A stretch of 52,643 nucleotides of DNA from an uncultured Dehalococcoidia bacterium (GTDB lineage Bacteria; Chloroflexota; Dehalococcoidia; Lucifugimonadales; CAUZEB01), in assembly GCA_964431885.1 (NCBI GenBank), contig CAYSLK010000014.1:1-52643 (forward strand), in the 5' to 3' direction. Below the pieces are notes generated by a model. That model was not told the origin of the DNA and did no database searches. It saw only the letters and a list, made by a program, of their open reading frames with translations. The position numbers were made by a program, and so were the translations under genes. Shown here one piece after another: positions 40,927 through 50,851 of this stretch (the stretch's first letter is position 1; each line of letters begins with the position of its first letter).

Positions 40927-41333
40927 ACGGAGTGGGACCTTCCGTCTTCGTCCACCTCATGGCCTGATGGTGCTACCCCATCCAAATACTTAGTGTGGTT
41001 GAAGGGATCTTGGATAGGAAAAAATCCCAGAATTTGAGCCTCAGATGCCTCTTTATTTGTGAATCCATGAGGAACATTGGGAGGGACGACTATTGTATGG
41101 TCCGCTCCTACAAAGTAGGTTTCACCATCTATGACAACCTCCAAAGCACCTTTTAACACTACGATTAATTCGTCAGCTTCATGGGTATGAAGAGGCGCAC
41201 CAGCCCCGGTTCCTATAGAACTAAGAGACATACTACTACTTGTAGTACCATCTCCTTTTTTTGTAATGTCCCATTTCCTATAATTCGGTCTCCAAGGTGT
41301 TTCGTCGGTATTATTATGATCAATTATTGGCAA
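40923..41333 (-). CDS. Cupin domain protein
   Basis: PLHTHEADE and VPPNVPHGFTN cupin motifs; likely start TTG 41333. Confidence 0.85.
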   Translation of the reverse strand: MPIIDHNNTDETPWRPNYRKWDITKKGDGTTSSSMSLSSIGTGAGAPLHTHEADELIVVLKGALEVVIDGETYFVGADHTIVVPPNVPHGFTNKEASEAQILGFFPIQDPFNHTKYLDGVAPSGHEVDEDGRSHSV

Positions 41334-41511
41334 TATTATCACCGTCCACATTAAACAAATAAATAGGATTTTCTGTCTGTTAGACAAACCGTAATATGTT
41401 TTTTGTAGGCTGTCAATGCTTACGCCTAACGATGATGATATTTTCCAGCTATGATATACTTCGCCCTAATCTCATTCTGTACGATTAAGTGCTTTATCTT
41501 TGGAGGAAGTG

Positions 41512-43092
41512 ATGTTCGACGTTATCATAGCTGGAGGAACAGTCGTTGATGGAACAGGAATCCCGGGATTCCGTTCCGACATTGGTATAACCGGGGATCA
41601 TATAGTCGCGATAGGAAACTTATCTCAGTCAGAGGCTAAGAGGACTATTAACGCCAAAGGTCTCGTGGTGGCGCCAGGATTCATTGATACTCATGCTCAT
41701 TCTGACGGAGCTTTACTGATGGATCCTCAACATGCAAACGGATTACGCCAAGGAATCACAACAGAGATTCTAGGTCAGGACGGTCTGTCCTATGCACCGT
41801 TATCAACAGAAAATTACCGTGTGTACCGGCGTTATCTCGCAGGCATATTAGGAGAGCCTCCTGAAGATCTGGACATGAGCTCTGTCAGCTCTTTCAGGTC
41901 ACACTACCACAAAAAAGTCGCTATAAACACAGCATATTGCGTTGCTCACGGTGCTGTTCGACTTGAAACACTAGGGTTCAAGGATGTTCCTTTGGTGGGA
42001 GATCCTTTAGAAAGGGCTAAAATTCTAATCCGGGAAGGAATCGAACAGGGAGCAGTAGGATTTGCGACCGGCATGTCGTACCATCCAAATTCTTGGAGTG
42101 ACACTGCCGAGATGGTAGAGCTCTGTAAAGTGACTCAAGAAATGGATGGTGTGTATGTAACTCATCTCAGGGATGTGAATACAGATCGTGCCTTCGGGGG
42201 AGGAGGAGTGCCTGAGGCGCTCGAAATCGGAAGGCAGTCCGGTGTTAAAGTCCATTTCTCTCATCACCGTACCCAACCGGGCACTGAAGGTAAAGTTGCT
42301 GACAGAGTAAAGTTGATAGACGAGGCTAAAGCCAACGGCGTTGACTGTACACTGGAACTATACCCTTATCCAACCGGCAGCAGTTTTCCAGCCAGCTTCC
42401 TTCCTAGTTACGCACACGAAGGGGGACCTGATGAAATTCTTAAAAGACTCAAGGATCCCATAGAAAGAGCGAAGATAATAGAATACCTAGACGATTACGA
42501 TAGGCGACCATTAGACGAAGCAGTGTTCACGTACGTCCCACGGAACAGCCATTACGAAGGAATGACCTTATATGATATAGCGCAAGAGAGAAGCGTCTCT
42601 ATGGGTGAGGCAATATGTGACATGCTTGTAGAGGAGGATCTACAAATTTGTTACCGAGGAGCTCCTCCGCATAACATATCAGTGTGGCGACAAATCAGCC
42701 AGGATTGTGTTGAGTTACTATCAAGGGACGACTACATGGTCGGAAGCGACGCTATACCATTAGGTAGCCTTCCACATCCGCGTGCATACGGATGTTTCCC
42801 CCGGTTCATAGGTAGACTACGTCGAACATTTAACATTATTGGTCTAGAGCAGATGGTACAGCGAATGACTCAAAATCCGGCTGTACGCTTCGGTCTTACC
42901 AAGCGCGGAGTAATAAAGGAAAATTACTACGCCGATATCGTAATATTTGATGCAGAGCATGTGATCGATAATGCAACATACGACGATCCTATTCAATTTC
43001 CAACAGGTATTCCATATGTTATTGTTAATGGCCAGATAGCTGTCGACAATGAAGTCTGTACCGGTATTCTAGCCGGTCAGGCTGTCCCTTAG
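41512..43092 (+). CDS. N-acyl-D-amino-acid deacylase family amidohydrolase
   Basis: VVDGTG, APGFIDTHAHSD, THLRD, HFSHH, GSD...PHPRAYGCFPR, ADIVIFD; ATG 41512 after GGAGG. Confidence 0.9.
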   Translation: MFDVIIAGGTVVDGTGIPGFRSDIGITGDHIVAIGNLSQSEAKRTINAKGLVVAPGFIDTHAHSDGALLMDPQHANGLRQGITTEILGQDGLSYAPLSTENYRVYRRYLAGILGEPPEDLDMSSVSSFRSHYHKKVAINTAYCVAHGAVRLETLGFKDVPLVGDPLERAKILIREGIEQGAVGFATGMSYHPNSWSDTAEMVELCKVTQEMDGVYVTHLRDVNTDRAFGGGGVPEALEIGRQSGVKVHFSHHRTQPGTEGKVADRVKLIDEAKANGVDCTLELYPYPTGSSFPASFLPSYAHEGGPDEILKRLKDPIERAKIIEYLDDYDRRPLDEAVFTYVPRNSHYEGMTLYDIAQERSVSMGEAICDMLVEEDLQICYRGAPPHNISVWRQISQDCVELLSRDDYMVGSDAIPLGSLPHPRAYGCFPRFIGRLRRTFNIIGLEQMVQRMTQNPAVRFGLTKRGVIKENYYADIVIFDAEHVIDNATYDDPIQFPTGIPYVIVNGQIAVDNEVCTGILAGQAVP

Positions 43093-43114
43093 AACGCATT
43101 AACGGTTCCTTAAA

Positions 43115-43852
43115 TTGCAGTTTATCGATATCGGTCTTGCAATAGTAAGTAGTTTTCTATCGGCGTTTGTATTTAGTACAGTAGGCTTTGGCATAGGTAT
43201 GACTAGTACACCTATGCTCCTCTTTGTTTTTGATCCTCAGACAGTTGTGGTGGTCGTAAACACAGTCTCTTTAGTTCTATTTGTTCTCATAATTATTCAA
43301 ACTAGGTCTTCTTTGCCAATACGCCAGATAACACCGATAAGCATATCAGGAATTTTAGGCGTTCCGTTCGGAATATTTGTATTAGATTGGGCCGATACAA
43401 GCATTCTAAGACTAGGGATTACTATATTAATTATTTTACTCACACTAGCTGTTGCTATAAACAGACAAAGTCCAATCCTAGACCGAAAATTCGCAGGTAT
43501 TTTTGTCGGGTTTATAGTAGGAATACTGATCACATCTACAGGTGTGGGAGCCATTTTTTTGGTGTTATTTCTGCTCGCTCGCAATTGGTCTAAGAATGCT
43601 ATGAGAGGGGGATTATCTCTTTATTTTCTATTCTTAGAAGGGGCAGCCGTATTAAGTTATCTGATAACTGGCATGATGACCTTTGAACGAATAGTGTTGA
43701 TCTCTATCTCTATAATACCCGCTCTGATGGGATTTGGACTTGCTTCGCTAGTAGTCAGTCGCATGAATGAAGACATGTTCCAAAGAGTCGTAATACTCGT
43801 CATCATAATCACCAGTCTGGTCGTAATTGTTAGAGAAATAATCGCGCTATGA
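43115..43852 (+). CDS. Sulfite exporter TauE/SafE family membrane protein
   Basis: VGFGIGM..P motif, GVPFG, about 8 TM segments, 245 aa. Confidence 0.78.
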   Translation: MQFIDIGLAIVSSFLSAFVFSTVGFGIGMTSTPMLLFVFDPQTVVVVVNTVSLVLFVLIIIQTRSSLPIRQITPISISGILGVPFGIFVLDWADTSILRLGITILIILLTLAVAINRQSPILDRKFAGIFVGFIVGILITSTGVGAIFLVLFLLARNWSKNAMRGGLSLYFLFLEGAAVLSYLITGMMTFERIVLISISIIPALMGFGLASLVVSRMNEDMFQRVVILVIIITSLVVIVREIIAL

Positions 43853-44010
43853 AAGCTCATATATTCGAGGACATTCTACATTGATCAAAAATACAGTGGT
43901 TTTAACGGCAGTTATTTCGGGCATATTTACTTTATTGCGATCATTGAAACACGCTTAATGTTTTTCTCGTCTCTGATATTACACATCCCAGTTTATATGC
44001 CGAATATTAT

Positions 44011-44048
44011 TTAACATTTATTTAACATTCTTGCAATATTTCAGAAAC
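44011..44048 (+). promoter_or_regulatory. GlnR-box-like array upstream of glnA
   Basis: TTAAC-N6-TTAAC-N6-GCAAT-N6-GAAAC at 44011/44022/44033/44044, followed by a TAATAAT -10-like element at 44058. Confidence 0.55.
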
Positions 44049-44177
44049 ACTCTCCATTAATAATGCTGTCACTCTGTCCGGAGTAAGTCGAAAGGCGATA
44101 GCCTATACTCCGTTTCTCTAACTCGTTTATCTAATTATAAATATGCAATTTTACAGCATGTTGAGGAGTGTATAAAA

Positions 44178-45623
44178 ATGAGGCTTGGGAATCTCGGTTC
44201 AGAACAGGTTATCGATCTGGCACAAGACATGGGAATACAGATGATCGATCTAAAGTTTGTTGATCTGCCAGGTACGATGCAACATCTTTCTATACCCACT
44301 ACCGAATTAACACCAGATCTTTTTAAAGAAGGCACGGGTTTTGATGGCTCTAGCATTCGAGGGTTTCAAGCGATAAATGAAAGCGATATGCTACTTTTAC
44401 CCGATCCATCCACTGCCGTTCTGGACCCAACCTTTGAAATTCCCACCCTGAGTTTAATCTGTAATATTATTGATCCTTTGACCGGGGATGGATATGCTAG
44501 GGATCCGCGTCGTATCGCTCAAAAAGCGGAGGATTACCTCAAGTCTACGGGTATAGGTGATTTAAGTTATTGGGGACCAGAAGTTGAATTTTTTATATTT
44601 GATGAGGCTCGATTTGATCAAACTGCCCATAGCGGATACTACTTTGTAGATTCAGATGAAGGCATATGGAATTCTGGATCTGAATCTGTCTTAAATAAAG
44701 ATTTAAACAGAAACCTTGCCTATCGTCCTAGACTAAAGGGAGGGTATTTCCCTTCACCGCCTATAGACACCTTCACTGACATCCGTTCAGAAGCTGTTCT
44801 TTTAATGCAGGACTTTGGGATTCATGTCGAGAAACACCACCATGAAGTTGGGACGGCCGGACAAGGTGAAATTGATATACGTTACGACACCCTAGTTAGT
44901 ACGGCAGATAATGTAATGGTATATAAATATATACTCAGAAATATAGCTAGAAAGCACGGTAAAGTAGCCACATTCATGCCGAAGCCCATATTCGGTGACA
45001 ACGGCACCGGAATGCATACCCATCAGAGTATTTGGAAAGATAACGCTAATCTCTTCCACGGCCAGGGGTATGCCAATATGAGTGACATGATGAAATATTA
45101 TATTGGCGGTCTACTAAAACACTCACCTGCCTTACTAGCTTTCTGCGCTCCAACAACCAATTCGTACCGACGACTAGTACCAGGGTATGAAGCTCCAGTC
45201 AATCTCGTATACTCTGCACGTAATCGTAGCGCCTGCGCGAGAATTCCAATGTACTTCGATTCCCCGGCCTCCAAGAGAATAGAATATCGCTGTCCAGACC
45301 CTACAGCTAATCCCTATTTGGCTTTTCCTGCAATGCTTATGGCAGGAATAGACGGCATAATCAATAAAATCGATCCCGGAGATCCAATGGATGTAGATGT
45401 ATACGAATTAACCTCTGAAGAAATCTCTAATGTACCCAAGGTTCCCGGAAGTCTCGAGGACTCTTTAGATGCCCTAGAGAAAGACAATGAATTCCTAGTC
45501 CAAGGAGGCGTCTTTACTAAAGATATAATCCAGACATGGCTGGATTATAAAAGAAACGTAGAAGTAAATGAAATGAAGCTTCGTCCTCACCCATACGAAT
45601 TCTACATGTATTTCGATTCATAA
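44178..45623 (+). CDS. glnA: Glutamine synthetase type I (GSI-beta-like)
   Basis: [67 protein letters not shown]. Confidence 0.96.
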   Translation: MRLGNLGSEQVIDLAQDMGIQMIDLKFVDLPGTMQHLSIPTTELTPDLFKEGTGFDGSSIRGFQAINESDMLLLPDPSTAVLDPTFEIPTLSLICNIIDPLTGDGYARDPRRIAQKAEDYLKSTGIGDLSYWGPEVEFFIFDEARFDQTAHSGYYFVDSDEGIWNSGSESVLNKDLNRNLAYRPRLKGGYFPSPPIDTFTDIRSEAVLLMQDFGIHVEKHHHEVGTAGQGEIDIRYDTLVSTADNVMVYKYILRNIARKHGKVATFMPKPIFGDNGTGMHTHQSIWKDNANLFHGQGYANMSDMMKYYIGGLLKHSPALLAFCAPTTNSYRRLVPGYEAPVNLVYSARNRSACARIPMYFDSPASKRIEYRCPDPTANPYLAFPAMLMAGIDGIINKIDPGDPMDVDVYELTSEEISNVPKVPGSLEDSLDALEKDNEFLVQGGVFTKDIIQTWLDYKRNVEVNEMKLRPHPYEFYMYFDS

Positions 45624-45704
45624 AATAACGAATGGTTTTTAAATGGGCTGGTATCCAATTACCTAATTAAGGCCAGATGCTATACAAAACGGGGGCATTT
45701 TCCG

Positions 45705-46673
45705 ATGGAATACGCGTTTGGAGCCCTAGCACAAGGGGTGTTTTCAAATCCAGATAATATATCCTTGCTCGCACTTAAAGGGGAAGAGTTCGGATTTGAA
45801 ATGATGTGGGTGAATGATCACATTATTATGCCTTCCAGCATAAACTCCCGTTACCCTTACTCTGAGGATGGTAAATTCAATGAGTTTGGAGAATCAGGTG
45901 ACTATCTTGAACAGTTAACAGTTTTAAGTTATTTAGCCGCTTTGACGTCGAAGGTCAAACTTTTGTCTTCTGTAATGGTTGTGCCCTATCGCGATCCAAT
46001 CTTGACTGCAAAGATGCTTTCTTCTATAGATATCTTATCCAAAGGCCGTCTCTTGCTAGGATGTGGAGCAGGCTGGATGCAAGAAGAATTCGAAGCATTA
46101 GGACGTCCTCCTTATGAAGAAAGAGGGACTGTAACCGAAGAATATATTCGTATTTTCAAAAATCTCTGGACTGAAAAATCACCTTCCTTTGCCGGACAAT
46201 ACACTTCGTATTCAGACATAGTGTTCGAACCTAAGCCACTGCAAACACCACATCCGCCTATATGGATCGGTGGAGAAAGTCGCGCGGCGCGTGAACGGGC
46301 AGTGAGAGTCGGAGACGGTTGGTTTCCAATAATAGACAATCCACGGTACCGACTTGACACGCCAGAACTTTTTAAAGCGGGAGTCGAAAGTCTAAAAAAA
46401 CTATCGACTAACTATAATCGTGATCCTAAAACTTTGGGGATCACATTTGCAGTTAATTTATATGATGATACTCAGGCACACATTGGAGATGACGGAAGAC
46501 GCAAAGTCTTTACAGGTACCCATGAACAAATTGCTTCAGACATTATCGAATACAACAATGCAGGTGCGCAGGCCATGATGTTGGGATTCAACATAGACAG
46601 ACGCTCACCAAATACAACTATCGAACAGATGCACAGATTCAGTGAATGTGTGCGCCCTTTAGTTGGAGCTTAG
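45705..46673 (+). CDS. LLM-class, probably F420-dependent oxidoreductase
   Basis: WVNDHIIMP, SVMVVPYRDP, GAGWMQEEFEALG, PKPLQTPHPPIWIGGES, GDGWFP. Confidence 0.9.
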   Translation: MEYAFGALAQGVFSNPDNISLLALKGEEFGFEMMWVNDHIIMPSSINSRYPYSEDGKFNEFGESGDYLEQLTVLSYLAALTSKVKLLSSVMVVPYRDPILTAKMLSSIDILSKGRLLLGCGAGWMQEEFEALGRPPYEERGTVTEEYIRIFKNLWTEKSPSFAGQYTSYSDIVFEPKPLQTPHPPIWIGGESRAARERAVRVGDGWFPIIDNPRYRLDTPELFKAGVESLKKLSTNYNRDPKTLGITFAVNLYDDTQAHIGDDGRRKVFTGTHEQIASDIIEYNNAGAQAMMLGFNIDRRSPNTTIEQMHRFSECVRPLVGA

Positions 46674-46702
46674 TACGATTTAACTTTGAGTGGATTAAAG
46701 AT

Positions 46703-48040
46703 ATGTTAAACAGAGATTCAGAAGCTATAGAATATGTGCTGCATGCAGCTAGAGAAAACGATGTTAAATTCATTCGGCTGTGGTTTACCAATATACTGGG
46801 TAGTTTGAAGGGATTCTCAATAACAGTTGAAGAATTGGAAAACACTTTAGTCCGAGGTATGGGATTTGATGGGTCTTCTGTTGAAGGATTTGCTCGTTCA
46901 GACGAAAAGGATCTTTACGCGTTACCAGATCCTAACACATTTAATATTCTCCCTTGGAGACCAAAAACTAATGCCGTCGGAAGGATGTTTTGTGACATCA
47001 TCACACCCAGTGAAAGATATTTTGAAGGTGACACGAGATATGTTCTCAGGCGAAATTTAGAGCGAGCAGCAAATCTTGGATTTACTTACTACGTCGCACC
47101 TGAAATAGAGCACTTCTATTTCAAGGATGCTGATAGTACTACAATGCTCGATCAGGGCGGATATTTTGACCAAGATGCTACAGATCTATCTACCGACCTA
47201 AGACGAGAAACCGTGTTAATGTTAGAGGAGTTTGGTATACCCGTGGCATCAAGCCATCATGAAGCCGCCCCCAGTCAACATGAAATAGACCTAAAACATA
47301 CAGATGCACTAACTATGGCCGATACTGTTATGTCATACAGATTGGTCGTTAAGGAAGTTGCGAACAAGTATGGCTATTACGCAGCTTTTATGCCTAAACC
47401 AATTGCAGAAGTCAATGGTAATGGTATGCATATACACCAATCTCTGTTTAGAGGTGACCAGAACGCCTTTGTGGATACAAATGATGCCCACCAACTTTCC
47501 GATACCGCTAAGTATTTCATTGCCGGTCTTTTACATCATTCCCTTGAAATAACTGCTGTTACCAATCAGTGGATCAATTCTTATAAACGGTTGGTTCCAA
47601 AATTTGAGGCCCCTACATATGTCTCATGGGCCACGGTTAATAGATCTGACTTAATACGAGTTCCAGCATATAAGGCAGATCGAGAAATGTCCCGTCGTAT
47701 CGAGTATCGCGCACCAGACCCTGCATGTAATCCCTACCTTGCATTTAGTGTTATGCTTGCAGCAGGCCTCGAAGGAATTGAGAAAAAATATGATCTCCCC
47801 TCACCAGTGGAAACCAACGTTAATGAAATGAGTAAGAAGGAACGTAAAAAGCACGGAATAGAGGAATTACCTTCTAACTTGTGGGAGGCTATACACATTA
47901 CAGAACAAAGTACTCTCGTTCAGAAAGCCTTAGGGAAACACGTCTTTAAGAGTTTTATAGAAAATAAAAAGATCGAATGGGAAATGTACCACTCCAAAAT
48001 AAGTGATTACGAGATCAAAAGATATTTACCTATACTTTAA
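46703..48040 (+). CDS. Second glutamine synthetase family protein (GSI-alpha/GlnA2-like)
   Basis: VKFIRLWFT, FDGSSVEGFAR, HHEAAPSQHEIDL, FMPKP...NGNGMH, NSYKRLVP, IEYRAPDPACNPY; start ATG 46703. Confidence 0.92.
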   Translation: MLNRDSEAIEYVLHAARENDVKFIRLWFTNILGSLKGFSITVEELENTLVRGMGFDGSSVEGFARSDEKDLYALPDPNTFNILPWRPKTNAVGRMFCDIITPSERYFEGDTRYVLRRNLERAANLGFTYYVAPEIEHFYFKDADSTTMLDQGGYFDQDATDLSTDLRRETVLMLEEFGIPVASSHHEAAPSQHEIDLKHTDALTMADTVMSYRLVVKEVANKYGYYAAFMPKPIAEVNGNGMHIHQSLFRGDQNAFVDTNDAHQLSDTAKYFIAGLLHHSLEITAVTNQWINSYKRLVPKFEAPTYVSWATVNRSDLIRVPAYKADREMSRRIEYRAPDPACNPYLAFSVMLAAGLEGIEKKYDLPSPVETNVNEMSKKERKKHGIEELPSNLWEAIHITEQSTLVQKALGKHVFKSFIENKKIEWEMYHSKISDYEIKRYLPIL

Positions 48041-48149
48041 ATCAGAGAGTTCATTTCGCATCGCTCTCAAAATATTAGACCTCGCTTTTTGATAGAATCG
48101 TTTATAATACCAATCAATACAATCATGATTTCGAAAATAAGGAGAACTG

Positions 48150-49175
48150 ATGACAAGCCAGAAAATCTCGTACATAAGTGCAGCGAAACCAGAGACATCA
48201 GAAACAATTTTATTCGAAGAACAACTCGCGGGTCTAGATTACGATATTGACGTCCATGTCTGTACAAGTGAAGGCGAAATTATCGAGGCCGTTAAGGGTG
48301 CTGATGTTATTGTCAATCGTGGTGTAGCTATGCCCCGTAATATTATCGAGCAAATTGATTCCGCACAGGCAATCGTCAGTCTGGGTCATGGATTTGACAG
48401 AATAGATCATTACGCAGCTACGGACAACGGAATTATGGTAGTAAACTCAGCAGGTTTCTGCACAGAGGAGGTAGCCAACCACGCTATGATGCTGCTCTTA
48501 GCTTCTGCCAAGAAGTTGACGTTCCTCAATGAAACGCTAAAATCTGGTAATTGGGACAATGAAACCCGTAGTAATCTAAACCCTTTGGGCACTATTGACG
48601 GGCAAACATTAGGACTAGTCAGTTTTGGGAATATTGCGAGAGCTGTAGCTCGCAGGGCACAAGCATTCGGACTAAGAGTAATTGCTTATGACCCTTATAT
48701 ACCATCTTGGATAGCTAAAGAGTACCGAGTAGAACTAGTTAGCACACTTAGAGATTTGGCTGAAAACTCAGACTATATCTCAGCTCACGTACCACTTAAT
48801 AAAGAGACGGGGAAAATGATGGATTCGGAGTTCTTCAACGCTATGAAACCCAACGCCTATTTTATAAACACATGTCGTGGGGGAACAGTTGATGAAGAGG
48901 CGCTAATCCAAGCACTGCAAGCCGGTAAGATAGCTGGAGCCGGCTTAGACGTGTTTGCTGAAGAACCTACTTCCAAAGATAATCCCCTTCTAAAAATGGA
49001 CAACGTCATAGTGACACCCCATTCGGCTGGAACATCAGAGATATCATTTCAAACGGGATTTACAAGGATGGGCCAAGAAACTGCCAACCTCATAAAGGGT
49101 CGCTCACCTATGTCGCTAGTTAATCCGGAAGTGCGATCGAGTATAGCTATAAGACCTGCCGCTCGTCACGTATGA
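48150..49175 (+). CDS. D-2-hydroxyacid dehydrogenase (CtBP-like)
   Basis: GHGFDRID, CTEEVANHA, FGNIA, INTCRGG, DVFAEEP, TPHSAG; AGGAG RBS. Confidence 0.9.
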   Translation: MTSQKISYISAAKPETSETILFEEQLAGLDYDIDVHVCTSEGEIIEAVKGADVIVNRGVAMPRNIIEQIDSAQAIVSLGHGFDRIDHYAATDNGIMVVNSAGFCTEEVANHAMMLLLASAKKLTFLNETLKSGNWDNETRSNLNPLGTIDGQTLGLVSFGNIARAVARRAQAFGLRVIAYDPYIPSWIAKEYRVELVSTLRDLAENSDYISAHVPLNKETGKMMDSEFFNAMKPNAYFINTCRGGTVDEEALIQALQAGKIAGAGLDVFAEEPTSKDNPLLKMDNVIVTPHSAGTSEISFQTGFTRMGQETANLIKGRSPMSLVNPEVRSSIAIRPAARHV

Positions 49176-49207
49176 TTGATAGTGATGAGACTCTTAAAGA
49201 CTTCCAT

Positions 49208-49978
49208 CTATTGGGCTAAATACCCCCCATCGGCGGCAAGAGCATGTCCCGTAACAAATGATGACTCATCGGAGCACAGCCATGTGACGACTTGCGCTAT
49301 CTCTTCAGAAGTTCCCAATCGTCCAATAGGATGGCGTCGGATAACACGCTCCCTAAGCTTGTCGTCACCTTTGGATATGCGATCCATCATGGGGGTTTCT
49401 ATATAACCGGGACACACGGCGTTAACTCTTATACCTGACTTTGCATATTCTAAAGCTGCAGTCTTTGTTAGACCAATTACACCATGTTTAGCAGCTACGT
49501 AAGAGCATGCCCCGGGCATGCCAACCACTCCCGCTATCGAAGCCGTGTTTACGATACATCCAAATCCTTGCACTAGCATTTGTATGATTTCGTATTTCAT
49601 TGAAAGCCAAACACTCTTTAGGTTTATATCAATAACCCTATCCCAATCGGCTTCGGAATACTCATGTATAAACTTATTATCAGCTTTATTCACGCCCGCA
49701 TTATTGAAACCATAATCAAGCCTGCCGTACGTAGTAACAACTTTTTCGATGAGATATTGGCAACTCTGAGTTTTTGTCATGTCAGTCATAACGAAAATTG
49801 ATTTGCCGCCCTTTCCATTTATTTCTTTTGCAGTCGCCTCGCCCTGTAAATCATCAATGTCAGCGACGACAACACTAGCTCCATTCTTAGCAAATGCTAA
49901 TGCTGTAGTTCGTCCTATACCTGAACTTCCACCGGTTACCAAGGCTACTTTACCATCAAATTTTAGAGCCAAAACCAC
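49208..49978 (-). CDS. SDR family oxidoreductase
   Basis: TGGSSGIG, NNAG, YVAAK, VNAVCPG, DGG. Confidence 0.93.
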   Translation of the reverse strand: MVLALKFDGKVALVTGGSSGIGRTTALAFAKNGASVVVADIDDLQGEATAKEINGKGGKSIFVMTDMTKTQSCQYLIEKVVTTYGRLDYGFNNAGVNKADNKFIHEYSEADWDRVIDINLKSVWLSMKYEIIQMLVQGFGCIVNTASIAGVVGMPGACSYVAAKHGVIGLTKTAALEYAKSGIRVNAVCPGYIETPMMDRISKGDDKLRERVIRRHPIGRLGTSEEIAQVVTWLCSDESSFVTGHALAADGGYLAQ

Positions 49979-50053
49979 AATCCTCCAATTACTTTCATCA
50001 ATACATATTTAATCTCAGATGCAAATACTGTATCTGTATTCGGTCTCAATTTT

Positions 50054-50821
50054 TTACTGACAGACAAAACCTCCATCCACGGACATCGTGTGACCGGTTA
50101 CAAAAGAAGCATTATCAGAACAAAGCCAAACTGCCGGTGCTGCTATCTCCTCAGGACTGCAAAAACGCCCTATCGGTTCCTTACCTAAAAAGCGTTCCTT
50201 AAACCCAGGTAAACCTAATGCAATCCTTTCGGTCATAGGCGTATAAGCCCCACCAGGACAAATAACATTAACCCTGATACCATATTTGGCATTCTCTAAG
50301 GCAGCTGTTTTTGTCAGTCCTATTACCCCGTGCTTACTGGCCGCATATCCGGCACCGGCTGCTATACTGCCGACCAAACCGGCAATAGAAGAAGTGTTCA
50401 CTATAGAACCACTCCCCTGTTTCAGCATCTGAGGAATCTCATATTTCATACACAACCAGACACCTTTCAGATTCACCCCTAGTACCCTATCCCAAACTTG
50501 TTCTTCATATTCGTGGGTTAGTATCCCTTGAACACCTTCTATTCCGGCATTATTAAATGCACAATCTATTCTACCGAACTTAGCAATAGTTCCATCGATC
50601 ATGTGTTTTACTTCAGAAGCTTTAGAAACGTCCGTTTGCAGAAAGACAGCCTCACCGCCCTCTGACTCAATTTCTGCAACAGTTTGATTCCCGTCATCAG
50701 AATTAATATCAACAACCACGACTTTAGCACCTTTTTTTGAGAAAATCATACACGCGGCCTTACCTATGCCCGAGCCTCCACCTGTCACAATTGCCACCTT
50801 CTCTTTGAAATGACTCTCCAT
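50054..50821 (-). CDS. SDR family oxidoreductase
   Basis: TGGGSGIG, NNAG, YAASK, VNVICPG, DGG. Confidence 0.93.
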   Translation of the reverse strand: MESHFKEKVAIVTGGGSGIGKAACMIFSKKGAKVVVVDINSDDGNQTVAEIESEGGEAVFLQTDVSKASEVKHMIDGTIAKFGRIDCAFNNAGIEGVQGILTHEYEEQVWDRVLGVNLKGVWLCMKYEIPQMLKQGSGSIVNTSSIAGLVGSIAAGAGYAASKHGVIGLTKTAALENAKYGIRVNVICPGGAYTPMTERIALGLPGFKERFLGKEPIGRFCSPEEIAAPAVWLCSDNASFVTGHTMSVDGGFVCQ

Positions 50822-50851
50822 CTTAATCTCCTTAGATGCATGATTTGAAAT

